A DNA stretch of 53,915 nt, filler included, from Sphacelaria rigidula (GCA_964200075.2; 5 parts of 5 records of this genome joined end to end with filler, not necessarily neighbours in it); one strand, 5' to 3'; positions 1-11,854 are shown, numbered from the whole stretch's first letter. The notes: generated by a model from the sequence alone, not told the origin. A program made the numbers and translations.

Positions 1-54
1 GGAAAATCCCTATCTGCTTCTGCACAAAAGCTCGATTCTTCTCGAACACAGAAT

Positions 55-862
55 CGAACATTTTTCGGGGGTCCTCGCTTTTTCGGGGAAACATCGATCC
101 AATCGAACCCCCGTAAAACGGTAAAAAAGTAAACCTAGAAGAACCTCGTTCATCCATAGTTGCTTAATGACCCATGGTAAAGTTGTGTAAAAATTCAGGA
201 TCCAACTCCTTGAAACGGCGTGAGGCTTGTTCGCTTTCGTGCGATGAACTTTGCCGTTTCGGGGTGAAACCGCGAACTACTTGATTTTAGTACGAAAACG
301 GCGTTTTTGGGCCTTCTTTCACGTGAACATGAACATTCAAGCATCAGTTGATCGATTTTTGCGACAAAAAATTGTGCGGCACTTCCTTGGGTTATGCAGC
401 GACAGCTCGTTTGCGAAAAAATGAAGAAAACATCGTAGTGCCGGTTTTCCGGGGTCCCAGAATGGAGTCTACCTCGAAAAACGACTTGGATCCCGCCGGA
501 CCCCCGAAAAACGGTGTAAACCTCAAGAAGCGAAAAAATCGTCCATACGTAGTTGCGTTATGACACATAGCATAGTTGTGCAAAGTTTCATGGTCTAACT
601 CTTAATGACGGCGTGAAAGGTTTGCGCGTTTGTTGAGGACGTGGGCTTGAAACGTGCAACTCCTAACTACTTAGTTTTGGTATGAAAACGTCTTTTTGGA
701 TGAATTTGACGTCAAGGCGAGAAAAACGTTTGAGATTTTCGAGTTTATCCACCAAACTTTGTACATGTGTTTCTTGGACTATCCCGGGACGCGTCATTTT
801 GTTTTATGGGCATTCTGTACCGCCTTACGGGGGTCTTCATACTGGGACCCCCGGAAGCCGGT
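55..862. repeat. Degenerate direct and inverted repeat block, about 393-bp period, probably the subterminal region of a DNA transposon
   Basis: agttgtgtaaaaattcaggatccaactccttgaaacggcgtga (181-223) recurs as agttgtgcaaagtttcatggtctaactcttaatgacggcgtga (574-616). aactactt...tttt.gta.gaaaacg also recurs. ccggttttccggggtcccagaatgga (from 441) is inverted against tcatactgggacccccggaagccgg (ending about 861). Confidence 0.55.
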
Positions 863-1589
863 AGAGAACGGATAGCATTTGAAACATTGGCAAGGATACA
901 ATTTTTCCATTTGGAGCATCAATATCTACGGAACTGTCAAGTTTTAGCACGATCTGAGATTTTCTACATCAGATACAAGGGACACCATCACGAGGCTCCC
1001 TGGGTCTTTGGGCGCATCGTTAGTGGAATTAGACGACGCGAACACCCGACATCACCGAAACATCACGGTTTCGGGTATAATTCGACCCCATAGAAACCGT
1101 TTCAATCACGTTTTTTTCGATAGATTCCCGAGCCGATGACGTTAACTACGATTTGAAGCATGTGGAGATTGGGTGAAAATTGGGCTTGGAATTTGTAATT
1201 TCGATCTCGGAGCCGTTTGACGGGCGCTGATTGGGTCGATATACCTTTTCGCCCTCAGCGCTACCACTATGGCCTCACACACAAATCCGGCTATGTCAAC
1301 CTCTTCAGCTGTCCATGGCGGTCAGTATGATAGCACGTATGAGACTATTGGGTAGGTATGGCGAAAGGCATTTGCTGATGACACAATTTTGGGTGATAGG
1401 CGTGAACCAGCCTGTATAATCAAGCAATTAGGGGACCTCCGCGTATATTTGCATACTTCAACGCAGATACGGGCGATTGCTCACGCCTTTTTCCCGTGAT
1501 AGACCCGGGAAGTTAGCACACGGGTGCTCTGATATATTTAGAAAAACTGGTACACCGCCTCCTGGGACCCGCGATATTTGGTGAAAACA

Positions 1590-1609
1590 ATATATATATA
1601 TATATATAC
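1590..1609. repeat. (AT)n microsatellite
   Basis: Direct reading of the sequence. Confidence 0.9.
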
Positions 1610-2420
1610 ACACATAGCCTCCCTAAACATCTCAGAGCACCCGTGTGCAAAATCTCAGGCTCTACCTCGAACAAACGGCGTGAGTAACCGCTGGGGACTA
1701 AGTTTCGGTAACAACTGTCGTAGCTACGCCCAGTTCCTGCAGATGGCCAAAACGTTCGTTTCCTTGAGTAATGCGGGTTTGCTGTTCGGCAAGCTTCAGG
1801 ATAGATTCCTCAATGGTGAAGCTCCGGCATACTCTTTTTCAGTTTCCCTCACCAACAAAATTGGGACCAAAACTCTCTCTCCAATACTAGACAAATACAA
1901 GCGAACAGTGGAACCTTCAGATTTGTATGATGGTCACCATGATGGAATATTCACGCTCGCATCGCCGTTTACTCCGTTCGTTTGTCCTACCTTTTTGTAT
2001 ATTCCCCAATCTCATTTTTCTTAAGCGAATACTTCCATTTTGTTTACCTTGAGTACGTGTACCTTGTGACCGCAGCTGAGTCCCTCTAGGGTCACTTAAT
2101 GTGCGACGATTGAAATCGCGGACCAGAGAGTCCTACAAATCTCATCCATCGCTCCGGCTTAGGCGCGACCGTCGGGACACACACGCTACCCAGTACACTT
2201 GCGCTGTAGCGTGGTTTGTCACTATCGCCAGTAGTAGTGTAATATTCCAACTCACCAAAAAAACTCCACGACCAATGCGATCTCCCTGACCGCTGTGGCT
2301 CTTGACAAAAGAACACTCTTCGTTCTTTTTCTTCGTTCTTTTTCTTCGTTCCGCGCTCGTCGCACGTCATGAAGCCTCAATCCCACGCAAGATCACACGT
2401 CCTCAAAACTCGATAATTCC

Positions 2421-2660
2421 CCTGAAGACACCCAAATCTCACCAGCGGAGGGAACGAGTGCTTCCAAGCACACAAGCCCGCTCGGGATTATTTACCAATC
2501 ACCTCCGCGTCCACGTCTTTCCTCGCCGGGCGCCGTCTCTCCGCCCCAGATGCCGTGGCTGCGGCCCCGTCCACTTGCTTTCTGCCATGACCCTAAACGT
2601 CGGCGGAAAGCCACCACTGTACGCTCGACGACGTTTACGTATGTACACAAAAACCAACGA
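2421..2660 (+). pseudogene. Possible relic of a hAT transposase C-terminal dimerisation domain
   Basis: Frameshifted translation gives NECF...ARDYLPITSAST...RRLSA, then PKRRRK...TYVHKN. This resembles the hAT motif ARDYLAIPATS..SER.FS...RR.RL...FVH.N. Judged by eye only. Confidence 0.35.
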
Positions 2661-3935
2661 TTGCACAAGGACAGAGGTTCTTCATCCCTCGTATCGGTAT
2701 TCCCGAGGAACGCCTCTGCCGCATTTGCAAATGACAGAAAAACTAGAGAGGAACTCCTCTTTGCGGGCATACGCACCTCGTCTACTCGACTAAGGTTCTT
2801 CCCACCCCCAGTCCCACGCCCGGCGAAAAGAGGTCATGATGGATGAATGTTCGTCAGCAAGCCATCTGTGTTAATCTACCCTGCCTGCCACCCAACACCA
2901 TACGTACTGTTATCGTGGGCGCGCGGGTCGTGAAAACATCCACACTGCGGCGGCCCGCAAGGCTCGGGGTACGCATGCTTGTGTTTTACACTGAATTTAC
3001 TGCAAGCCTCGTGACCCATAGTAACGTGGTTGTTGATCTTACTGTAACAAACCATGGCGGCACGTTTTCCCCCTCAACATCTCGAGTAATGTAGCACGTT
3101 GCCTAAATTATCTTCTACGCGATTATAGAGATGGGTATTGAAACTGCTTCATGATTTATGATTTCATTGAACCGCCACAGCATCAATCGCACTTTGCTAT
3201 TGGGTCGACATTCAGACGTATAGACTGTGTTGTGTGTCTAACGTGCCTGCTTCGAGGGTGGTCATAGCAAAATAGTACTTGATGCTACGTAGCGTAGCAA
3301 GCAATCATACACAAGCAACACAAATCATGCCGATGTGCCATTCTTCTGTCGGTACTGCTCCTACTTATTGCGGGCGACAGTGGCAGTTTGCTGAAGCCTC
3401 AATCCGTAAACATATAATAGCAGAATATATGCAGGTTTGCCTCGTTCAGACTATTGGATGTATCTCAAACTCGAGGTTCCCGGTGTATTTGATTGTGAAA
3501 TACTGTGGAATATACCGGAAATCTCAAGTTTGAGATACCTCTGGTGAGTCGAGCAAACCTAAAGATGTTCCGCATACAGGTTCACGAACCCTTGTGTATG
3601 AAATACAACCGAAACAGAGTGGGTGCCTGCGTGTCGCTCCCTTGTTTCCGTAAGCTCGTAAGCTCAGCACTAGAGACAACTCGTGTAGACCATGAAATAC
3701 GTCAGGTGTCGTCCCAAACGTGTGACCTCACAGCTGATCCAGATGCCCTACGAACGCTGCTCTTTTCAGCTATGAAATGATTAACCACACATCGTAAATA
3801 CCACTCACGATGTGTCCAACAGCTCATTTTACCTGGTAAAAAAGGTTTCGCTTCAACATTCTCTTGAATCCTTCCACACGTCGGACAGATCAGTTCCCTA
3901 TCGCTCGAGCTAGCTCTCTTCGAGCGTACCTCCCT

Positions 3936-4430
3936 AGTGAGCTATGAGAGCTACATGAGCTACGCATGTTTTTCCTGGGGTGAGCTATGAGAGCCGCATG
4001 AGCTATGCATGTTTACCGTATGTGAGCTACCAACCCGTAGCTCATCAGCTCAGATTCGTCCTGGGTGAGCTACGAGAGCCGCATTAGCTACGCGCATTTG
4101 CGATAGGTGAGCTACGAACCCGTATCTAATCAGCTCAGATTCGTCCTGGATGAGCTATGAAAGCAGCATGAGCTAAGCATGTTTCCCCTGGATGAGCTTT
4201 CAACCCGTAGCTCATCAGCTCATATTCGCCCTGGGTGAGCTATTAGAGCTGCATGAGCTACACATATTTGCCCCGGATGAGCTATGAGAAATGCATGAGC
4301 TACGCATGTTTGCCCCGGATGAGCTATGAGAGGTGCATGAGCTACACATGTTTGCCCTGGATGAGCTCTGAGAGCTAGGTGGGCTTCGAATAATTGCTCT
4401 GGATGAGCTATGAGAGCTATGAGAGCTACG
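3936..4430 (+). repeat. Tandem array 1 of 42/43-bp GAGCT-rich units (about 12 units)
   Basis: Unit starts at about 3936, 3978, 4020, 4063, 4105, 4148, 4190, 4233, 4275, 4317, 4359 and 4401. Type A is like gggtgagctatgagagctgcatgagctacacatgtttgccct; type B is like gggtgagctatcaacccgtagctcatcagctcatattcgccct. Confidence 0.95.
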
Positions 4431-4901
4431 ATTGCTTATCCCTTTGACCACGAGGGTAGGAGGTATCTGAATCGGCATCATTCACGCCCGGAAAATAAAG
4501 TGAATTATTATGCTGATTTATCAGATCTCCAACCCTCGCAGTCAAAGGGCTAACCCCTTGATGGCAAGCATGAGTCATCTGTTGAATCGGCTCCGATTGC
4601 ACTTGAAAAACGTACGCATGGCCAAACGGACTCGTACCCTCGCGGCCAACCAATCGAAAGAAATGAATCGGTCGATTGTTGTAGACACTGAATAATGATA
4701 CTTTTTTCAACCATCCGACCAAGCGAACGAGGATATGTGTTGGCTTCTTTTCTTGCTATCGCGAAGAGTGAGGCACAACATCAAACCTCATGATATGTGG
4801 CGCCATCCGTTCGAACAAGAATGTTACATCATGAGAGAAACGGGGTTGGCCAGCGGCGAGCTAGGCATATGACGTGAGTGAGCCACGACCATGTGTCCCT
4901 G

Positions 4902-5530
4902 GGGTGAGCTACTGGGTGTAGCTCATCCGCTCATGTTTTCTCTGGGTGAGCTGGGAGAGCTGCGTGAGCTACACATGTTTGCCTTGGGTGAGCTATCGAG
5001 CGTAGCTCGTCCGCATATGTTTTCCCTGGGTGAGCTGTTAGAGCTACATGAGCTGCACATTTTTGCTCTGGGTGAGCTATCAACCCATAGCTCATCAGCT
5101 CATATTCACAGTGAGTGAGCTGTGGGATCTGTATGAGCTACGCACGTTTGCGATAAGTGAGCTACCAAGCCGTAGCTCATCAGCTCATATTCGCCCTGGG
5201 TGAGCTGTTAGAGCTACATGAGCTGCACATGTTTGCTCTGGGTGAGCTATCAACCCGTAGCTCATCAGCTCATATTCGCCGTGAGTGAGCTGTGGGATCT
5301 GTATGAGCTACGCGCGTTTGCGATAGGTGAGCTACCAAGCCGTAGCTCATCAGCTCATATTCGCCCTGGGTCAGCTACGAGAGCTGCATGAGCTACGCAT
5401 GATTGTCCTGGGTGAGTTACGAACTCGTAGCTCATCAGCGCACGTTGACCTTGTGTTGAGCTATCGGACGTACCTCACATGTACATGTTTGACTACAAGT
5501 GAGCTACCGCCCGCAGATGAGCTAGCTCAT
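4902..5530 (+). repeat. Tandem array 2 of 42/43-bp units (about 15 units) with a 170-bp higher-order repeat
   Basis: Alternating A and B units. 5028-5197 and 5198-5367 are near-identical 170-bp (4-unit) copies. Same orientation as array 1. Confidence 0.95.
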
Positions 5531-6779
5531 GAGCTGTCCTACGTGTGAATCCTTCGCACCATCATACCCACAGTCAAGCGTACACGCCGAAATACGTCAT
5601 ATTGCATACACATATATAAATATATCCATACTCCACTGTACGACCGACTCGGGTGTTTAATCTTTACCCGACAATCGACTCCTGGTATCAGCTGAGACTC
5701 GCTTAGTCCGTTATTCGTTGGTGATGCAGCTACTTGCTCCAGTCTGCGATCTGAGTCCGTCGTGGTTGCTGCAGTGCGTAGTGGCCGCCATTGCTCTTGA
5801 CTGCGAACCTTTCATGGTAGTGTAGATATGCATATTGAATGGCGACTTGATTGACTGATCGCGGCAAAACCAACCCATCCCGACAAAGCCGCTCGTGGTC
5901 ACACAGTAGACGTACCCAAGGCGAAGAAAACGGAAGCACTCGCCGAAGAAGAAAGATGGAAGAAAAAGGGTGGGAACAAGCTCGAAGTCAACAGAACAAG
6001 AGAAGGCAAGGAAAGGGCATGTACTGTCAAGAAAAAAACTGGAAATGGTCGGTCCCTGCGGCGTGTCTTCACGTGAAAGAAGCCGTGCACAACAAGTACG
6101 CACACCCATGCACAAAACAAAACAAGAGGCTGCTTAAGCACATTACGGCTCAGTCATTTCAGAACCGCACTATTTGAGTACGAGATTTCACGCACGAGTG
6201 CCATCAAAGCAAGGCTCCAGCACTTGTACCGTTAAAGACTGGACCTCCGAAATAAGAACTGGGAAACAGGCGGAGAGGAAAACTGAGACCAGAGGAGAAA
6301 AACACACTGAAGTGATGGCACTGAAAGTCAACACAGGAGCACATCCAGGAACAGTGCATGGCCACACGCCTGAGAAATACTCAACATCCTGGCCAACCTT
6401 GGAAAACTCTGGTAACATCCCGTGCCTGGTCATAGAGTGTCCCGCCTTGTGGAAATCAGGAACTACAACCTACATCACAGACACTTTTCTGTAGTTGTAG
6501 TAACCGCGGCGCTTCGAGATGGTCGATGATGCCGTGTCTGGGTGATGCTCAAATGCGATGAAGATCCGGCTTGGCATGGTTGCGTCTTGGTGGTGTATGC
6601 TGAACTCAGGCTCGCTGGTCGAGTCACTTGGGGTTGTTGCTTCATAAAACACAGGGGATTCTACGTTGTGCGGTGTGTACTGGCTGTTTGGACCTTCCTG
6701 TGCCGCGCTTCATGCTACTTAGCTTCCTTCGGCTCCGAGTAAATAACCATTGAAAATTGAACGGGGGCTGGTGTTCGAT

Positions 6780-8153
6780 GGTTGTCGGAAGACGCGGCGA
6801 GGAAGGTAAAACTCATGCCGTTCGAATGGCATGCGTCTGTCACTATTGTTGCCGAAGAGACAATGGTGCGATGGTGCCAAACGGCCATGTTTGAAGTACT
6901 GATGATGCTGGGTAGGCGGTGGCGGTATTATCTTGATTTGGAGGCCGATATTGATGTCCAGGATGACCGTTGTTGATGAAGTTGCGTAAGTCACGACTAT
7001 TGTCGAAGCCCCAGTTACTGCTGCTGCTATTGCAGTCGTCGCTGTTGCTTCAGTGGTCGTTGTTGCGGCAGCGCCTGTTGTTGCGGTGGCGGTAGTTGTT
7101 ATTGCCACGTGTGTTTCCGCCTTTACTCCCGCTGCTTTGTTGATTATTACTCTCAGAATCATCATGCCGACTTGTGTGGTATCTGCAGCACTATACACGA
7201 CTCTTACCATCGTGAGACATATTTTCGAACTGAAAATGACGCACGCGATGGTTTGGCTCCCCGCAAGAGTCATCATTTCCGGAGCACGTCCGTGATGTAC
7301 CTGGCAAACCCAATAGCGATGCTGCGAAAATCCCTGATTTACGACCCTGTGATGTTTTCGCCAGGCCCCACGCGCAACACGGCCGGAGTACATGCTCCGC
7401 ATCGCGACTTCAATTGTAGAGATTACATCCGTCCGCCACTCTTCTCACGTGTGAACAACTTCATCCCGACGCTGATTGGCTGGAGCCATGAACACGTTAG
7501 AGGGTTGGCCCTGTAGCCTGGTCATACTATCCAACTGGCGCATGGGAAGAGAGTGTCCTTGTGGAAGAAGTTTGGCAGTGTGCAGTAAGACTATCCCACG
7601 CATTTCTGCAGTTTGAGTTTCAGAACCAAACGGTTCAAAACTGAACAGAAACTTGCCGCTGCATCAACTACTCTCAATTGCAAAGTGTTCAACAACAACG
7701 CGTTACAGCGATCCCAATTTTCCATCCATCGCATGTTTACGATTGACCTCACTCGTGATACCGTATGGGAGTTGACCACCACGCCTCCAGTAAGGTCTTC
7801 GACTTAACCAGTAGCCACAACTGCTCCCGCCACCGCTGCCGCATCTGTCGTCGTTGCTTCCCCTCCGATGATTAGCGCGCACGGCTAGACGACTCCTGAC
7901 GACCTCGGCAACAGGTTACGATGCGGCTTGTTATCGACATCGTCCCCACAGCTGGCGACTCTACATCTGAATGAATCTCACGGCCATAAATGTCGACGGG
8001 GCTTTCTTCCTTATTACTGATATCAGAGATCCCTGGATAGGCCAATAAAATGACGACGCGCGTAGAGCGCTTCCAGTGAAGTAAGTTACTACCGTCAAAC
8101 TTGCTCATGATCCCCATGAACCGCGTGAGAGGTGGTTCTCCTGCGGTACTCAT
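6780..8153 (-). mobile_element. Degenerate Ty1/copia LTR-retrotransposon gag region
   Basis: Minus-strand fragments: MSKFDGSNLLHWKRS (copia gag N-terminal K.DGSN...WK), AWDSL...MRQLDSM...QGQP..VF (UBN2-like), IEVAMRSMY.GRV.RG, and a decayed zinc knuckle DSCGEPNHRVRH (about 7235-7275), followed by an N/G-rich linker. Multiple stops and frameshifts. Confidence 0.7.
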
Positions 8154-9159
8154 CTCCCTCGCAACATGCGAAACTTCGTCGCGCCTTCTACTAGCTGATG
8201 TGATTTTTCGAAGTTTCAATTATCTCGAGCTCAGATAGGTCATCGTGGGAAGAGGGTTGGGCACTGTTAGCTCCAACAGCTAGCTTCACGGGCGATGCCC
8301 CACATGGGGGAAAGCTGCATGACGCACGAGATTTGTTACAGCACATGCCGCAAGCGACTTTTGCTGAAAATATGTGTGTATCCGCTAGAACAGGGTGAAA
8401 TTGGTGCAGGGTCCTCTAGATGCGGGCTCCACTCTGTGCTCATCGGTCTTGAAACACACATCCTTGTGCATAAGTATGCTGTTTGCTGCTGTGCTCGACA
8501 CTGCGTACCAACCGCAGCGTGACACCTTTGGCGGTACTACTTGCTCAATGCACAGCGGCAGGGTGACAAAGCATACCACAGGACGTCACATGCTTAGCCT
8601 GTTCCTGCGCTACATTGATGTCGCGGTGTCCTACGCACTTCGCCACATCATGAACGCAACCGCTGGTATTTGTGGCCAACGTGTACGCAGGATATCCCCC
8701 CTCGCTACGCGCTATATCGCCACGCCGCATTTGTAAAAGTTGTTCGTGTTGCAGCTACAGCGCGTTTGCGCCAGGTGGCGCACGCAGAAGTGAAAGGTTG
8801 CCCCCGCTGCTGTAATGGTTACCTGTATATTGGGCAAAGCTGTATGGTAACACAGCAGCTATGGCGCGAAAGCCGCGTGTAGCATTTCACACCCTGAAGA
8901 TTTTTACACACTGTTGTCTCGAAGTGTAGCGTTGCAGTTACGGACTTCAAGTGCGAGTATTAACACTTGAGGTCGGCGATATATTTTATATTGTGCGCAG
9001 TACACTTGTAACATTGTGTTCGTACTGACTGTAGAAATCGTTTTCCAGGGTCTGGCACATTTCCACATATAATGCAGGATCCGGTACATTTCCATATATA
9101 ATGCTACTCTGTGTGTTCGTGGGTAAATCCGTAACATCTGGGCGATCTGCAGGCGAGGC

Positions 9160-10090
9160 AATCGCCAAAATATTCACCTGCGAATTCTGCCCCAGTACAC
9201 TGCAAGTTGATATCGCTAGAAAGACACTACCATAACCACGTTGCCGGCTGCCAGACTGTCAGGACGTAGTACCCGCTAGCCTTGCTCCTGTCTGTAGGAG
9301 GATGTTGCCCCTTTGTCGGATACGTGGGGAAGGGCCCATGGAAGAACGCAGTGACTACGTGAGAGAAGCTTACCCTTGACGTGTCGAGCTTTTCGGACCG
9401 GGAAACGTTCAGCCTTGATCCACATATATGACGGGGCCTAGATGTTGCTTCTTTTCTGGTTTTCTGGGAGCGTTCATCCCCAACTGGGCGAAGATTGACG
9501 ATGACGCCGGAAGGATCCTTTGCAGTCTGCGAGCCCGAAATTGTACCTATTACAATCGTCATCTGACAGGAGGCGGTAAAAAAATACAATCAGATGAGAA
9601 TGGTATCTACCGCTTCAATGCAGACCGGGCCCTCAGCGCCTTGTGCAGCCACGGCTGCGGCTCCGACATCTTTTTGTAGTACCAATCAAGACGTCCTCCA
9701 AGTTCCGGCGTCATCGCAAGCGAGGCGCGGATTTTCTTGACGTCTAACCTTCAAAAACACTGCCTCGATGTTATTGAAAATGAACAACACTGGATAGGAC
9801 GTATTCCCTTTCTTGTGCTGACCTATGCAGTCACGTGTCGAAGGCCCAAAACTTGATGGAAGGCTAGGGTTGTATGATGCTGCCTTGTTGAACAGACATG
9901 CGGAAGGTGCACAATACTGTGAAAGGTTCTTGCGTCCTGTAGTAAGAGACAACAGCGGGATGGTGGTTGCGGGCGCTTTTTCGGCCAAAGCAGCACAAAA
10001 CACAGTCTCTCGTCTGAAGAGAGGACTGAAGGACACCGGGAGAGTGATAGCGGTGGGGGATCGATACCATGGGACCCATGCTGCAGTCAC
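9160..10090 (+). pseudogene. Decayed coding relic: C2H2-like finger followed by a possible DIRS/Ngaro-type tyrosine recombinase
   Basis: FTCEFCP...(frameshift)SLERHYHNH, then DRALSALCSHG.GSDI...QDVLQVP...GF..RLTF, then FLRPVVRD..GMVVAGAFSAKAAQ...RLKRGLKDTG...HGTHAA. This loosely follows the tyrosine-recombinase motif order. Interrupted by stops. Confidence 0.3.
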
Positions 10091-10704
10091 ACCAAGGGTC
10101 TGTCGAGAGAAACGTTTTGAACACAGAGCCCCCCCCCCTCCACCTGGAGGGCAATTTTTCGAAAATTGTCATGAGTTTGTTGATTTTTTTGTTGATTTTA
10201 TTGAAAGAAATTGATGGAAGATAACTGACAATAACCGAAAAGTCTGGCGGGCTTTGCAAGGTTCGTATATTTGCTTCTGCTCCTTGCCCTTCCTGTCTCG
10301 ATGACCTCGAATGCCAGCAACGCTTACACACATCTATGTACAATACACAAGTGCACGGTAGCGACAGCCTGTAGCCAAAGTAGCAACATCATCTCACGTC
10401 TCGCCAAATTTGCCCGGACTAGTGGTAGGTTGTCTAGGCATACGACACGGAACATGATACCATAAATGCTATCATGGTAGGTGATGAGCTTGGAGGGGCG
10501 GTGTGTCCGTCATCCCAGCGGTCTTCATGCCAAGGATCTCTGTAAGCGACAGCTGACCGCATCCGCCAACGCCTCGGCAAAAAAGTAGGGGACAGCAGAC
10601 TGGGTGCCCCCCCCCCCCCAAAAAAAAAAAACGCTTATTTTTGATCTTGCGGCCCCCTTTTTACGAAAGAAATCTTTTGCTAACATATTTCGCAGACCAA
10701 AACC

Positions 10705-10804
10705 NNNNNNNNNNNNNNNNNNNNNNNNNNNNNNNNNNNNNNNNNNNNTTAATTAATTAANNNNNNNNNNNNNNNNNNNNNNNNNNNNNNNNNNNNNNNN
10801 NNNN
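10705..10804. other. Artificial contig linker (N44-TTAATTAATTAA-N44)
   Basis: 100-nt spacer containing a six-frame stop oligo; identical at four places. Confidence 0.98.
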
Positions 10805-11362
10805 GGGATGGGTTGAGGGAGTGAGGTGGTGCTTATTATGTATTTTATATTGTTTTTTGGAGTGGGGTGGGGGGTGGGGGGGGGGGGGGATCAGTTGAAG
10901 TGCGACGATCAAAACCTTATTTATCTCGATACTGCAACGTATCATTAAGGCGAAGATAGCCAATGTCTTCCGTGTTTCAACATTACTCGGGGCATGGCGC
11001 GAGAATACACTGGGAATACTGAAAAGTGATCACGACAAAATTGTCTCGCCGAGTTCCGGCGCAAACGTGTGAAACGAGCGGATCTTGACCCGCCAATATC
11101 CACAAGCTTGGTACGCATTTTACAGAGTGCCATGGGCGCACAGATCCATGGGGGCACAACTACTGTACACGGAAACTAGACACATTGTCTATGAACAAAA
11201 TTGCCACAGGACAAGAAAAAACAAAACAAGAAAGTGCCGTCTTCGACTTGCCAATAAGTACAAATCACCACCCCAATAAGCTACACACGCTCAGTACGTT
11301 TCATTCGTTTCGCACGCTTGCCCCCATCCTGCCCCTGACCAAAGTAAAACCCCGCTTCACCA

Positions 11363-11854
11363 TCACCGTATGCCATCATTACGGATACCCCCCCGACCGC
11401 CGAATAGCCTACGACCACCAGCACGCCCATCCCACCCTCCCCCACCGGCGTGTCCCCAGCCCCCCCGGACACTGGCTACGACGTCTCTCGCCAAAGCTTG
11501 CGTTGCCCCCGCCCCTCCACCACTGGTAGCGCCTCCCCCGCCGCGGCTGCCGCCGCCGCTGCCACCCGCGGCAACGGTTGTGGCTATTCGGCCGCTAGCC
11601 AACCGAAGTAACGCCGTCCATAAAGGACCGTTTCCGAGGGCGCTGGCGTAGTACCCATTGCGCGCGGCCGCGAGCAGGAGGCGGAGGGCGCGGAGTCGCG
11701 ACCGCTCGTCTATGTGCGGACACCCCAGAAAGTCGGCGAATTGGCGGCAAGCTCGGGCGGCCGGCGCGGAGTGTGTTGTTGCTGGGGTGTTCTTGGTCGT
11801 CGGTGGAGGAGCCTTCGGTAGGAAAAGGATTCGAAGGAGACGCTCGTGGAATGC
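11363..11854 (-). CDS. ULK4: ULK4-like terminal exon
   Basis: Acceptor ccgcag|GCA in phase with the upstream exon ([12 protein letters not shown]). TGA at 11365-11363. Confidence 0.78.
   Translation of the reverse strand, partial: AFHERLLRILFLPKAPPPTTKNTPATTHSAPAARACRQFADFLGCPHIDERSRLRALRLLLAAARNGYYASALGNGPLWTALLRLASGRIATTVAAGGSGGGSRGGGGATSGGGAGATQALARDVVASVRGGWGHAGGGGWDGRAGGRRLFGGRGGIRNDGIR

Larger units (their letters stand above)
3875..5547. mobile_element. Non-autonomous TIR DNA transposon, 1673 bp, with 8-bp TSD (hAT/P-like), carrying satellite arrays
   Basis: Left end CACACGTCGGACAGATCA (3875-3892) and right end TGAGCTGTCCTACGTGTG (5530-5547) are reverse complements at 16/18 positions. 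A perfect AATCCTTC flanks both sides (3867-3874 and 5548-5555). No transposase ORF inside. Confidence 0.85.

Noticed and set aside
3936..5530. CRISPR-like array
   Set aside because: The sequences between the recurring GGTGAGCT motifs are themselves repeated (A/B types, 170-bp duplication) rather than unique spacers. There are no cas genes, and the arrays lie inside a TIR/TSD element.
4215..5548. Short ORFs with repetitive peptides (SSSGANM, LGEL)
   Set aside because: They are translations of the 42-bp satellite, and the frame is broken by the 43-bp units.
5683..5695. TGGTATCAG resembling a tRNA-iMet primer-binding site
   Set aside because: Only a 9-nt match, not preceded by an LTR-terminal CA, and no plus-strand gag follows.
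8265..8891. Candidate 5' LTR (TG...CA) of the copia relic
   Set aside because: There is no second LTR in the contig and no clear primer-binding site, so the boundaries are unsupported.
10749..10760. TTAATTAATTAA palindrome recurring every 10.8 kb or so
   Set aside because: It is embedded in N runs and is a synthetic six-frame-stop linker, not biology.
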